This document shows, piece after piece, positions 27,546 to 36,238 of a stretch of DNA of 63,595 bases. A program made the translations under genes and the position numbers. The stretch covers positions 1 to 63,595 of the forward strand of contig CAIYET010000115.1 of NCBI GenBank assembly GCA_903925285.1. Direction: 5' to 3'. The notes under the pieces were generated by a model. That model saw only the letters and a list, made by a program, of their open reading frames with translations, had not been told where the DNA came from and did not search any database. This stretch comes from Candidatus Hydrogenedentota bacterium (lineage in GTDB: Bacteria > Hydrogenedentota > Hydrogenedentia > Hydrogenedentales > SLHB01). Each line of letters opens with the position of its first letter. The stretch's first letter is position 1.

Positions 27546-29831
27546 ATGAAAGCAAGTCTTCAAAAAGATTTCGCCGCCACCGCTCGCGAGCTCACCGAGA
27601 AGCTACGCGCGCAGGTCAGTAGCGGTGATACCCAGGGCGCACTCGCATCCCTCGATCAGATGGATGCGGTGAGTGATGTCGCAAGCGATGCCGACAACAC
27701 GGTCGCGAACGTCGCGCTGCCCCCGTCTTCGCCGAGCACGCCCAGCTTGGCATCGGCGGCTTCGTCCGTCGCACCGAGTACGCCAAGCGCCAGCGCACCG
27801 AGCGGGACAACCGACTCGTCGCTTGCGCAAGCGGCAACCCAACCGTCCCCGGCAACTCCGCCGGCAACACCGACGCCCTCTTCGTCTTCAGTGACCAAGG
27901 GCGCGATTGCCGTGGGAACGCCACCGCCACCCGTTGGATCGGCGATTCTGGGATCGCTCGTGGGTGATGTCATCGCCAAGTCCGACGACGCTTTCCTCGA
28001 TGACCCGGTCGCTGAATTGTTCGGCACGGGTGTGAGTGGCGCGACCATGGCAAAGCAAATGCCCCAGCAACCCGTCGTGCTAGCCACGCCACCACCCAAC
28101 CCGCAAGCGGCTCCGTTCTCGTTCTATGGGCGGATGGGCGACGACTTTTACATCCAAGAAAAATTGCCAGCATTCACCAAGGCATTGCTGACCGGCGGTC
28201 GCTTTGCTTCGGAGAATGCGCTTGATCTGTTCAAGACCGGTCGAGGCAATTACGACTTCCATCTCTTCGACATGACGCTGCACGCGGCGTATCGCCAAGT
28301 TCTGAACAAGGGCGGATTCCGCGATACCAATGCAACGGAATTTCGCAAGATGGCCGTCAGTGCCATGGATGGCAACGAGATCCGCTCGCGCGGACTCGCG
28401 AACGATTTCAACAAGGGCGTCATCAGCACGACCGCACCTGGCTACTACTTGCAGATGATGGTCAAAATGATGCTCCCTGTTTTGACTCCGATGCTCAATC
28501 GCATCCCGATGCAAAAGCCCCGCACGGGTGGTAGCCGCGCGGAATGGCGCGTCAACTTGGGTTTCCAGAACTTGGACGAAACCCAGGGCATGATTGCGCC
28601 CGAAGCCGGCGTGGCGATTGGTAGCACCACCGGCACCGGGCAAGCGATCAGCGAGAATCCAACGCTCTTCCAAACCCCCTACTCTCGCCATCCTGTCAAC
28701 GATGCCGTGACGGTGGAAGCCCAGTACGCGATGCTTGGATACGACGATGCCTTCCAATACAGCATCGTCCGCGCCCTGACCGCTTACTTGCGCATCGCCG
28801 AAATGGCAACGCTCTGGAACAACTACGCGGCAGTCGGCGCGATTGGCGCGGTGACCGCGACGACCAGCGGCTCGAGCTCCGCGCTCGCTGGCGGAACGAA
28901 CGACAAGTTTGCTGTGACTGGCTTGACCGGCATCGGCTGGCGCGGCAATCAACTCGGCATCGGCGGCAAGGGTGGAGCCAGCTCCGTCCAAGGTGAGACA
29001 GCGGCGACGCTGACCACCGCCACCGATCTCTCGACCGCAACGAGCGTCAAACTCACGTTTGCGGCAAAGCCAGGTTGCTTGGCGTATAACGTGTACTACC
29101 TGCCTTCGGGTGTGGTGGGAAACGCGCGCTACGTGGGCACGTACTACACCAACGCGATCACCATCACGGCTTTGCCGGCGGTGGGCGCGGCCAAGTCCTA
29201 CCCGACCGCGGACGGTTCCGCCAATGCGAACGGCTACGAAGGCGCTTTGCAATGGTGCGAGATGTCCACGATCTACGGAAACTCCATCACGAACAAAACG
29301 GTCACGGATCAAGCTGGCGCCGCTCTGACGCTGGCAGGTCCGAACCGCATCTCCGAGATCGACAAGATTCTTGCCGACCTGATGACGAACTGGCAACTCG
29401 CGCCGAGCTTGATCGTGGGCTCGCCGAATACCATTCGCCATTTCAACAACATCCTGCAATCGGGTGGATCGGCGCAACCGTACATCATCCATCTCGGCGC
29501 GGGACCCGAACAAGGGTCGCTCGTCGGCGGCATGTGGGCGGGCGCGTACACGAACAACTACTCGCTCGGCTTGCAGAATGTCCCGAAGGTCATCGACGTC
29601 ATGGCGCACCCGTATCTTGCGGACGGCACCTTGATGGTGATGACCGAAACAATTCCCTACCCGATGGCTCGCGAAGCGCGGGGCTGGGTGATCGAGCAAC
29701 AGATCCCGCTCACGTACTGGCCGCTCGCCGCATTGACGGCGTCCTGGCCCTACATGATGTTCTCGGACCAAGTGCTCGAGAACTATCACCCTCCGGCGCA
29801 AGCCGCCATTCAGTGCATCAACACGGCGTAA
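27546..29831 (+). CDS. Major capsid protein with N-terminal scaffold and an inserted Ig/FN3-like domain
   Basis: Follows the protease; strong RBS; low-complexity N-terminus; PVLTPMLNRIP and VMAHPYLADGTL; followed by a hairpin. Confidence 0.8.
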   Translation: MKASLQKDFAATARELTEKLRAQVSSGDTQGALASLDQMDAVSDVASDADNTVANVALPPSSPSTPSLASAASSVAPSTPSASAPSGTTDSSLAQAATQPSPATPPATPTPSSSSVTKGAIAVGTPPPPVGSAILGSLVGDVIAKSDDAFLDDPVAELFGTGVSGATMAKQMPQQPVVLATPPPNPQAAPFSFYGRMGDDFYIQEKLPAFTKALLTGGRFASENALDLFKTGRGNYDFHLFDMTLHAAYRQVLNKGGFRDTNATEFRKMAVSAMDGNEIRSRGLANDFNKGVISTTAPGYYLQMMVKMMLPVLTPMLNRIPMQKPRTGGSRAEWRVNLGFQNLDETQGMIAPEAGVAIGSTTGTGQAISENPTLFQTPYSRHPVNDAVTVEAQYAMLGYDDAFQYSIVRALTAYLRIAEMATLWNNYAAVGAIGAVTATTSGSSSALAGGTNDKFAVTGLTGIGWRGNQLGIGGKGGASSVQGETAATLTTATDLSTATSVKLTFAAKPGCLAYNVYYLPSGVVGNARYVGTYYTNAITITALPAVGAAKSYPTADGSANANGYEGALQWCEMSTIYGNSITNKTVTDQAGAALTLAGPNRISEIDKILADLMTNWQLAPSLIVGSPNTIRHFNNILQSGGSAQPYIIHLGAGPEQGSLVGGMWAGAYTNNYSLGLQNVPKVIDVMAHPYLADGTLMVMTETIPYPMAREARGWVIEQQIPLTYWPLAALTASWPYMMFSDQVLENYHPPAQAAIQCINTA

Positions 29832-29841
29832 CGACGAGAAA

Positions 29842-29869
29842 TGCAGGGGGGCGGCAACGCTCCCCTGCA
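29842..29869 (+). terminator. Hairpin after the capsid gene
   Basis: TGCAGGGG-GGCG-GCAA-CGCT-CCCCTGCA; weak U-tract. Confidence 0.55.
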
Positions 29870-29893
29870 AGGTTAATATTGGATTCCGAAACT

Positions 29894-30400
29894 ATGGTTG
29901 AAATTCTGTTTGATTTTGAATCGGTGCGTCTCTTCGAGCAAGCATGGAATGCGGCGCCCGACTTGTTTGATAGCATGTTACTGGAAGTTGGAAGACAAGC
30001 CGTAGACGTGCTGCACGCGGACATCGCTGTTTACCCATCCGTGCCGAGCTACCCGATCAACTGGGACTCGGGTCGCCAGCGGCGCGCTTTCTTTGCGACC
30101 AATGGATTTGGCGGCGGGATCCCGCACGTGCGCAACGGCGGACTGCCCCGCTCGTGGCAAAAGGACGTGCAGCTTGTGACTTCGGGAAACGTGCGCGGAG
30201 TCGCGGGGCAGGTCTTCACCAACTTGCCGGGCGCGAAGTATGTGCAAGATGCCGACTATCAAAGCCGAATCCACGAAGGACGCTGGCAAACCGTGCAAAG
30301 CGTCTTGCTGCAAGACGCGCCTGAGGTGACTGAACTATTCCGTCAAGCCGCCGAGATCACTCTGGATTTGACCGCGCGCCAGATGGAGCGCGAACCATGA
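29894..30400 (+). CDS. HK97 gp10-like neck/tail-completion protein
   Basis: R.G.L.RSW...N...AKYVQ...H..RW; gene position. Confidence 0.55.
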   Translation: MVEILFDFESVRLFEQAWNAAPDLFDSMLLEVGRQAVDVLHADIAVYPSVPSYPINWDSGRQRRAFFATNGFGGGIPHVRNGGLPRSWQKDVQLVTSGNVRGVAGQVFTNLPGAKYVQDADYQSRIHEGRWQTVQSVLLQDAPEVTELFRQAAEITLDLTARQMEREP

Positions 30401-31071
30401 CCCAACCTGCATTCTGCACGCTGACCCAAGTGAAGCAATATCTTCCGCTAAATCAAGATTCAGATGGATCGATTGATCCGAACCTGACGCGGGATGATCC
30501 GCTATTGCAGGAAGCCATTCCCGCTTTCTCGCAAGCGATCAACGATCACCTGGGCTGGAAACTGCAAACCGAAACCGTGACGGCACAAGTCTTTGAAAAA
30601 CAGGCAACCACGTCGTCGCGCGTGACCATCGATGCGGACGGATACTTGATTATCAAGACCAACTATCCAACGATTCAGAGCGTGAGCGCAATAGCTTATA
30701 AGACTCAGTGGACGCAAAACTGGATTCCGGTGAGCACGAGCGCGGCGATGTTTGACACCCTCGCCGACACGGATCGCCCATCATTGACCAGCTTTGCCAT
30801 CCGCGTGGATAACACACTGGGCTGGCTGAACTATCGCTCGATCAGCAAAAAATTATGGGTGCAAGTCTCCTACGTGGGCGGGTACGCCACGATCCCCGCG
30901 CCGATCGTGCGCGCTTGCGTTGAGTGGATCGGGCATGACTATCGCTTGCGTGATTTCATCCCGACCATGAGTGCGGGATTCATCGGGATGCCAAACACAT
31001 CCATCCAACCCAAAGAGATTCCGCCGCACATCGCCAAGCTGATCGACCCATACATGAGGACTTATCAGTAA
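30397..31071 (+). CDS. Head-tail connector (gp6-like)
   Basis: FCTLTQVKQYL, D.LL, VSYVGGYATIPAPI..AC and LIDPY. Confidence 0.75.
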   Translation: MTQPAFCTLTQVKQYLPLNQDSDGSIDPNLTRDDPLLQEAIPAFSQAINDHLGWKLQTETVTAQVFEKQATTSSRVTIDADGYLIIKTNYPTIQSVSAIAYKTQWTQNWIPVSTSAAMFDTLADTDRPSLTSFAIRVDNTLGWLNYRSISKKLWVQVSYVGGYATIPAPIVRACVEWIGHDYRLRDFIPTMSAGFIGMPNTSIQPKEIPPHIAKLIDPYMRTYQ

Positions 31072-31532
31072 TGGCGGTCACCAGCATCAACGATGTTATC
31101 ACGGCGCTGGTGCCGATCGCGCGGAGCGTGGTGCTCACCGACAACTGGCATCCGTTCGTGCGCGATCTGAACAACTCGCCAGCGAGTTTGTCCCAGGGCG
31201 ACAATCCGCAAGTGTTTTTCCATCCAGCGAAAAATGCGGCGAAAAGATTGACATTTAACAGCTACGCGGGAAGCCAGTCCCATCGTACCCAGCGTGATTT
31301 CACGGTGCTCGTCTACTTCATCGACTCGATCAATCTGGTGCCTGTATGGCAATCCCGTCCACGCGTGACTCAATGGTGCAATGACTTCGTCCAAGCCATC
31401 GACGGGCAGGACGATCTAGGGCTCGACGATCTGTATGCGGAAGCCAGTGCTGATGTACGCGATGGGCTGATGTTCAATCAAGTGCCCTTTCGCGGAGGCA
31501 TTATCACGCTCACCGGATACTATTTCTACTAG
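31071..31532 (+). CDS. Putative tail terminator
   Basis: Size and synteny. Confidence 0.5.
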   Translation: MAVTSINDVITALVPIARSVVLTDNWHPFVRDLNNSPASLSQGDNPQVFFHPAKNAAKRLTFNSYAGSQSHRTQRDFTVLVYFIDSINLVPVWQSRPRVTQWCNDFVQAIDGQDDLGLDDLYAEASADVRDGLMFNQVPFRGGIITLTGYYFY

Positions 31533-31541
31533 GAGGTTTCA

Positions 31542-31907
31542 ATGGCTCGAACTGCCGCCACAATTCAAGAACTTTCGGTCAATGGCAAGAACGTCACCTT
31601 CGCCGCGCCGCCCGCCAACGGCACGGGCAATGGCATCACCATCAATAACACGGATGGTCGTGTCCTGTTGCTTATCAACAGCTCCAACACGACATTGACG
31701 CCAATCGTGACGCTCGTTGCTGGCGCCCAGGCAGTCGCAGGTGGGTATGCTTTGGCAAACCAGGCGTACACGATCCCTGTGAACGCCACCGGCTATGTGA
31801 TCTGGCTGAACCCAGCATTGTTTGCCGACGCGGGTATTTTCTCGGTGGACTTTTCGTCAACAGCGCTGCAATACGCCGTCGTGCATTTGCCGCCATCGTA
31901 CAGCTAA
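31542..31907 (+). CDS. Hypothetical virion protein
   Basis: AGGAGG RBS; beta-rich sequence. Confidence 0.55.
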   Translation: MARTAATIQELSVNGKNVTFAAPPANGTGNGITINNTDGRVLLLINSSNTTLTPIVTLVAGAQAVAGGYALANQAYTIPVNATGYVIWLNPALFADAGIFSVDFSSTALQYAVVHLPPSYS

Positions 31908-31919
31908 GAAAGGTCGTTC

Positions 31920-32420
31920 GTGGAACAAACTCAAACCGAGTATATTGCCATTGATAACAAGTGGATGTTCCGAGAGGCAACGCTCGTGCTCGGATATTAT
32001 CACCACAACAATGAATGGACGCCTGGACGCAATCTCGCGATTCCCAAGGATACGCTGATTAGATCGGGCAGCCGATTCAAGATCATCGCATCCAAGGCGC
32101 GAGAAAAAGCATGGTTCATGGCCAACACGGTCGCGCCGGCTGACGCGCAACTGCATTTCAATCTCGAAGATATTTTTGAGCCGGCAGTGGCAGATCTCTT
32201 ACGCCTGAACGCTATCAACACGCTCGAGGATGTCGCGACCGAACTGGATGCGATCATCCCGGGAAGTGAGATGGCAAGCGAAAGCAAAAAACCGACGACT
32301 ATTCCTTTGCGCGTTTTGCTGGGACAGGTCGCCAACAAGGACGAAGAAACAATCAACGCTTGGATCAGTGGCGCGGTAAATCTTTGCAAGATACCCGTCC
32401 CGCCAAGCGAGGGAGAATAA
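31920..32420 (+). CDS. Hypothetical protein
   Basis: 166 aa ORF within the operon. Confidence 0.6.
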   Translation: MEQTQTEYIAIDNKWMFREATLVLGYYHHNNEWTPGRNLAIPKDTLIRSGSRFKIIASKAREKAWFMANTVAPADAQLHFNLEDIFEPAVADLLRLNAINTLEDVATELDAIIPGSEMASESKKPTTIPLRVLLGQVANKDEETINAWISGAVNLCKIPVPPSEGE

Positions 32421-32421
32421 A

Positions 32422-32838
32422 ATGGGCGCAACAACCTTTCTGGGCAATCATGCTCAAATTGTTTTCGCTGGGACCGATCTCAGCGGAGACATGAACTCGC
32501 TCGACATCAATTTCAAGACCCCTTACATTGAGTCCACCGCGTTTGGCGATGACTGGGACTCGGGCATCTCCGGCGTGGGCGGCTACACCGTCGCGCTGGC
32601 TGGATTTGTCAATAAAGCCACGGGTCAAAACGACCAACTCTTCTTTTCCAAGATGGGCGGCGCCACCTCGCAGACCGCCGCTTGGATCATTGGTCTCGCC
32701 GGCACCGCCGCCAACAACCCGAAATACTCGGGCAACGGCATCTGCACGGATTTCAAAGAGGGCGTGAAGGTCAAGTCCCTCGCCAGCATCGCGCTGACCA
32801 TTCAAGGCACCGGCTCGCCGGCACGCGGATCGTACTAA
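32422..32838 (+). CDS. Tail tube protein
   Basis: IESTAFGDDW..GISG and YSGNG...LTIQGTG; gene position. Confidence 0.8.
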   Translation: MGATTFLGNHAQIVFAGTDLSGDMNSLDINFKTPYIESTAFGDDWDSGISGVGGYTVALAGFVNKATGQNDQLFFSKMGGATSQTAAWIIGLAGTAANNPKYSGNGICTDFKEGVKVKSLASIALTIQGTGSPARGSY

Positions 32839-32891
32839 ACAAGTGTGGCGTCCAAGGACAGCCGACACAGAGAGGAACACGGTGAGCGCAA

Positions 32892-33266
32892 ATGGCTCCA
32901 CCTACCAAAACAGTTGAACCCGAAGTAAAAACCCAAACCCAGGTTACAGCGAGCGGGATTGTCATTCCGCTCAAAGGATTTCCCGGCGAGCACGTCACCT
33001 TTATTCGCGAGTGGTGCTACGGCGACATCGTCGAGGTCGGAAAATGGATCGCTGGCACCGAACCCCAGATCAACGCGCTGCTCGAGCGGATCGTCGATTG
33101 GCACATTACCGATCTCGGTGGGAACGTGATCGTCTTCAACCGAACTGGATTGACCCAAGACCAAACGCCGCTTTACAAGTTGCCCGCCGCCAAGGCACGC
33201 GCAATCTCGAATGCGGCGTTTGAGGCGTACTCGGCAAGTTCGCGCATCGACCCTTTAGTGAGCTAG
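32892..33266 (+). CDS. Tail assembly chaperone (G)
   Basis: Between tail tube and tape measure; ends at a slippery site. Confidence 0.75.
   Translation: MAPPTKTVEPEVKTQTQVTASGIVIPLKGFPGEHVTFIREWCYGDIVEVGKWIAGTEPQINALLERIVDWHITDLGGNVIVFNRTGLTQDQTPLYKLPAAKARAISNAAFEAYSASSRIDPLVS
33251..33257 (+). other. -1 programmed ribosomal frameshift site C CCT TTA
   Basis: XXXYYYZ heptamer in the correct phase; the -1 frame is open to 33613. Confidence 0.85.
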
Positions 33267-33613
33267 CCATCTGGAAGTATGGGGCTGGCGACTCAACGGA
33301 TGGCGACCAACCGATGTCCGAAGACCTATGGATCGGTCTTTGGATGGATGACTTCAAACGCCCCCCCTGGGAACTGGGCTTCGGCGACAAGAAAGACATC
33401 GCCCTCATGTCACGCGCTCGGCACGCTGTCTTTGTTTACCAGACCGCTCAACAATGCCGGGATCCACAAAAAATGCAATACCTAAGCGAAGAGCAAATGG
33501 AGCTAGTCGTGCGAATGCGCGAAATGCTCAAAACTGAAAAGCGCGCCACCTCGGCGCGCCCGACTCGTTTTGTACGGCGCCGCCGCGCGCCGGGAGCGTT
33601 GAACCGTGGCTGA
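33257..33613 (+). CDS. Tail assembly chaperone T segment (G-T fusion)
   Basis: The -1 frame reads SELAIWKYG... into ORF 33314-33613. Confidence 0.75.
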   Translation, partial: SELAIWKYGAGDSTDGDQPMSEDLWIGLWMDDFKRPPWELGFGDKKDIALMSRARHAVFVYQTAQQCRDPQKMQYLSEEQMELVVRMREMLKTEKRATSARPTRFVRRRRAPGALNRG

Positions 33614-35792
33614 TGCTAATCTGAATGTAGGATTCCGCGTCACTCAAAACGACATTCCCCCGGCACTACGGGCGAATGCGGAATCCGCGCGCAATACCAC
33701 GCAGAGTTTTGAGGAATGGCAAAACAGCATTGCCGACGCGATGGAAGCCCAACAAGCCCAAACCGCCGCGACCCGAGCCGCGGCTGAAGCCAGCGAACGC
33801 GAGATCGCGACGCTGAATCAGAACATCAGCGCCCAACAGCGGTTGCGCGAGGTGGTCATGCTCGCCGCGCAAGGCAAGCTCTCGCTAACCCAGGCAACGC
33901 GCGAAGAGGTGGATGCCGCGCTCGCAGAGCAAAAAGCAACCGCTGAGAATATCGCGCTGTACGATAAACTGACCAACAGCACAGCCCGCGCCAGCGAAGG
34001 GCACGAGAGTATGCGCGGGAATGCTCGCGCGATGCGCGAAGCCGCCATGATGCTGGGTGTCGCACTCAACTTGCTGGGGAACGAGATCGATCAAAACCTC
34101 GGGCCACAGGCAAAACAACTGACCGAGACAATGCGGTTAGGCGCGGATGGCATGATGCTGGGCAGTCACGTCGCCGGCGTCCAAGGCGCGGCGTATGGCG
34201 CATTGGCTGGGATTATATTGGGGTTGGCCTTTGCCGCGTCAGAAGGCGACGCCGCCGTCAAAGAATTGAACAAGGATCTGCAATCCGCATCTGAGAAGGA
34301 CAAGCTCGCCGAAACACTGGCAAAGATTTCGGGAGCGAACAAAGAGCAATCCCAAGCAGCACTCGACGCGGCGCACAACAACGCGGAGTATGCCAAGGAC
34401 TTGCAAGCCGCCTCTGAAGCGACCAAACACGACACCAATGTGTGGGAGAGTTTTATAACGGCGGCAAAAACTGCGGCGGCAGCCATCAGTGATCTGGTCA
34501 CGGGTGGATTCAAGCAACTCGCCGAAGCGGCCAGTGCCGCGTTCACGATCATAACGCACGGCACCGTGACTTTAGAATCGACTGCCGTGCGCTTTGAAGC
34601 CACGATGGCTGGCATCAAGGCGTACGCCGATGCTTACGCCGCGCTCAAGTCACCCGAAGAAGCCGCCGCCGATGCCAACAAAGCATACGCCGATACACTG
34701 GATCGTGTGGCAAATGCGAAATCGCATCTCAATGAAGTGATGGCTGGCGCGCCCGATCCGAAAGCCGCGCAGGAAATGAGTCAGAACACGGCGAACACCG
34801 GCGCCGCGAAGTCCGAACTCTACAAAGCCGACGATGCTTATCAATCGCACCTCGACGACATTGCCGACCAGCAAAAAGCCAAAGCCGCCGCGAACGCGCA
34901 AGAGATCGAGCGCATGAACCGAACGCACCGAGAAAACTTGGTGCGCATGGCAGACACGGAACTCGCTCGCGAAAATGATTTGCGCGCCCAGGAAGCGCAG
35001 CGTGAGGACGACCTGCGCGCGCAAGAGACCATCAAGGAAGAGGACATGGCGCAATCGCGCCAAAACTCGATCGATGATCTCGCCCAGTCCGATCTCAATG
35101 CGGTCAATGCCTCGCTGGACGCCAAAGTCAAAGCCGAAGACCAAGCCGCGCAAAAGACGCTCGACATCGAGAAAAAACTGCAAACCGAAATAACGGCGCT
35201 CGACTATGACACCGGCATGAAACTGCGAACCGCCAAGACCGAACACGACGCGGAAGCCATCGAGTTCACCGCCGCGCATGAAAAAGCGGTGAAGAACTCG
35301 GCTGCCAGCGACGCGATCAATCAAGAACAACGCACCTTGCAGAGCGCCTTGACGGCGGAAGATCAAAAGCTCGCCAAAACTCGCGAGACCGAAGCGCAGC
35401 GACTCGACGTCATCAACCGCAATGCCGACCAGGCGCTCGCGCGCGCGCGCCGCGACGAAGAGAACCAGATCGAAATGGCGCAGCGGACTCGCGATCAGCA
35501 GATTCAGGCGGCGCAGGTCGCGCTCGATGCTCAGATCAAAGCCGAGAACTTGCGAAACAAGAATGCGTTCACGGATTTTGACAGCCGTATCAAGCTCGAG
35601 GAATCGGCGCAAACAAATTCAGAAGACAAGGTGCATCGCCAATACATGACGCATCTCGACGAGCTGAAGCAAAAACTCAACGAGCTGATCGCCAAGAAAA
35701 TTGAACTGGCGAACACGCCGATGGGCAACGAACCTAAAGTGGCGTACTACACGGGACCCGACAGCACGCTCTATAACCAGGCATGGCAATGA
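33606..35792 (+). CDS. Tape measure protein
   Basis: 728 aa Ala-rich helical protein after the chaperones. Confidence 0.8.
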   Translation: MADANLNVGFRVTQNDIPPALRANAESARNTTQSFEEWQNSIADAMEAQQAQTAATRAAAEASEREIATLNQNISAQQRLREVVMLAAQGKLSLTQATREEVDAALAEQKATAENIALYDKLTNSTARASEGHESMRGNARAMREAAMMLGVALNLLGNEIDQNLGPQAKQLTETMRLGADGMMLGSHVAGVQGAAYGALAGIILGLAFAASEGDAAVKELNKDLQSASEKDKLAETLAKISGANKEQSQAALDAAHNNAEYAKDLQAASEATKHDTNVWESFITAAKTAAAAISDLVTGGFKQLAEAASAAFTIITHGTVTLESTAVRFEATMAGIKAYADAYAALKSPEEAAADANKAYADTLDRVANAKSHLNEVMAGAPDPKAAQEMSQNTANTGAAKSELYKADDAYQSHLDDIADQQKAKAAANAQEIERMNRTHRENLVRMADTELARENDLRAQEAQREDDLRAQETIKEEDMAQSRQNSIDDLAQSDLNAVNASLDAKVKAEDQAAQKTLDIEKKLQTEITALDYDTGMKLRTAKTEHDAEAIEFTAAHEKAVKNSAASDAINQEQRTLQSALTAEDQKLAKTRETEAQRLDVINRNADQALARARRDEENQIEMAQRTRDQQIQAAQVALDAQIKAENLRNKNAFTDFDSRIKLEESAQTNSEDKVHRQYMTHLDELKQKLNELIAKKIELANTPMGNEPKVAYYTGPDSTLYNQAWQ

Positions 35793-36226
35793 ACAACATT
35801 GTCCTAGATGGAAATAGCTACCGGATTCTTTCCACCGGAAACAAGCCGGCTTACAAACACATTCGCAAGCCCATTGCCGACTATGATCGCGGTGGGACGG
35901 GCATGCCATTGGTCACGGAGACCGGTTGGTTTGAAAACACCTACGAAGTCACCCTGCTGGCGAGCACGGTCGATCTCGCCGCGCTGGAAGCCAGTTACAA
36001 TAAACGCTTGACCACCGGCACGCCATCCCAAGACAATCTCGCGCTCACGGATCCAGAGGGATTCACCTGGGATCCAAACACCGGCGTCAACGACGCCACC
36101 CACGCGTACAGCACGGGTGTTTTTTTTACGGACAAGGGAGAGCCGCAACCGCTGACTGGGCGCGGGGGCTGGACTGGGAACCTATTCACGATCGCCATCA
36201 AGTTGCTCGTCAATGCAACGAGTTAG
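35783..36226 (+). CDS. Putative distal tail protein
   Basis: Directly after the tape measure gene. Confidence 0.5.
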   Translation: MAMNNIVLDGNSYRILSTGNKPAYKHIRKPIADYDRGGTGMPLVTETGWFENTYEVTLLASTVDLAALEASYNKRLTTGTPSQDNLALTDPEGFTWDPNTGVNDATHAYSTGVFFTDKGEPQPLTGRGGWTGNLFTIAIKLLVNATS

Positions 36227-36238
36227 ACTTCCACTATT

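Noticed and set aside
28080-29870. Long antisense ORFs (also 53784-55205, 34650-35612 and 37964-38929)
   Set aside because: Shadows of GC-rich real genes on the opposite strand, with no motifs or RBS
29252-29893. N-terminal part of the 382 aa ORF
   Set aside because: Overlaps the capsid gene out of frame; the likely start is the ATG at 29894
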